Virus record (IMG/VR): IMGVR_UViG_3300009983_000002
Length of the DNA stretch: 14,034 nt
Strand: one strand, 5' to 3'
Source of the DNA: a virus
Taxonomy: Duplodnaviria; Heunggongvirae; Uroviricota; Caudoviricetes
Positions 13,753 to 14,034 of the stretch are shown one piece after another. Under the pieces are notes generated by a model. That model saw only the letters and a program-made list of their open reading frames with translations. It made no database searches and was not told where the DNA came from. The position numbers were made by a program, and so were the translations under genes. Numbering within the stretch: position 1 is the first letter of the stretch; each line of letters starts with the position of its first letter.

Positions 13753-13780
13753 AGAGTAGCAGGTTCTGTGCCGCTGTCAA
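13753..13780 (-). promoter_or_regulatory. Putative sigma70-type promoter P3 (TTGACA-N16-TACTCT with extended -10 TGn)
   Basis: The - strand reads TTGACA gcggcacagaacctgc TACTCT gtgctc ATG. It starts 3 nt after the RNR stop codon. Predicted +1 is about 13746. Confidence 0.68.
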
Positions 13781-13783
13781 GCG

Positions 13784-14034
13784 TTAGCGAATGGGGCAGG
13801 CCCCGGTCGCACACTGATCGCCGAGTTCGATTTCATCGACGGTGTCGGTCCCCGTGAAGTCGATGGGCTTGAGATACGCCGCGTAGATGCGGAACGTCTC
13901 TTCGTCCACGACTTCCTGCGGCAGGTAGGCGTAGCCCAAATCCTGAGCGGTCTTCGTCGGATCGTTGCGGAGGATGAAGGAGACGCCGACGTAGGTGTCC
14001 CAGTTTTCGAGCAACCACGAAACGATGTCTTCGA
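13784..14034 (-). CDS. nrdJ: Class II (adenosylcobalamin-dependent) ribonucleotide reductase, C-terminal end (5' part outside window)
   Basis: Frame is open to the window edge (EDIVSWLLENWDTYVGVSF...LPQEVV...). It ends in CATGACPIR, matching the C-terminal redox Cys pair of monomeric RTPR-type enzymes (CEGGACPIK in Lactobacillus leichmannii). Confidence 0.85.
   Translation of the reverse strand, partial: EDIVSWLLENWDTYVGVSFILRNDPTKTAQDLGYAYLPQEVVDEETFRIYAAYLKPIDFTGTDTVDEIELGDQCATGACPIR

Larger units (their letters stand above)
1..14034. mobile_element. Tailed phage or prophage segment (long non-contractile tail): tail tip, lysis module and convergent ribonucleotide reductase
   Basis: Gene order is tape measure, baseplate genes, BR0599-type hub, large tail tip, holin, Rz/Rz1, then a convergent class II RNR. 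This recalls YuA/M6/phiJL001-like phages (from memory). No integrase or att site is in the window, so free phage versus prophage cannot be decided. Confidence 0.92.

Noticed and set aside
10834-14034. Diversity-generating retroelement acting on the tail tip C-terminus
   Set aside because: There is no near-identical TR/VR pair differing at adenines and no reverse transcriptase in the window. The domain repeats are similar only at protein level.
1-14034. CRISPR array, tRNA or rRNA genes, IS elements, att sites
   Set aside because: No regularly spaced direct repeats, cloverleaf or T-loop signatures, transposase motifs or terminal inverted repeats were seen.

Overview
This window is the tail-tip and lysis end of a virion-morphogenesis operon from a GC-rich, siphovirus-type phage or prophage. 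On the + strand it holds the tape-measure 3' end, four coupled baseplate/hub genes of the D3112/JBD30/YuA type, a 2250-aa multi-module tail-tip protein, two small genes, a probable holin and overlapped Rz/Rz1 spanins. No endolysin is visible. The 3' end of a class II ribonucleotide reductase converges from the - strand. The most unusual part is the 288-bp gap between Rz1 and the reductase. It appears to be its own transcription unit: a sigma70-like promoter, a ~214-nt RNA folded almost end to end into hairpins, and a bidirectional terminator. One exposed loop of that RNA is complementary to the holin ribosome-binding region. In addition, all three intergenic TTGACA promoter-like elements sit 34-35 nt upstream of an ATG, suggesting leaderless transcripts. 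Family assignments come from recalled motifs, not database searches.
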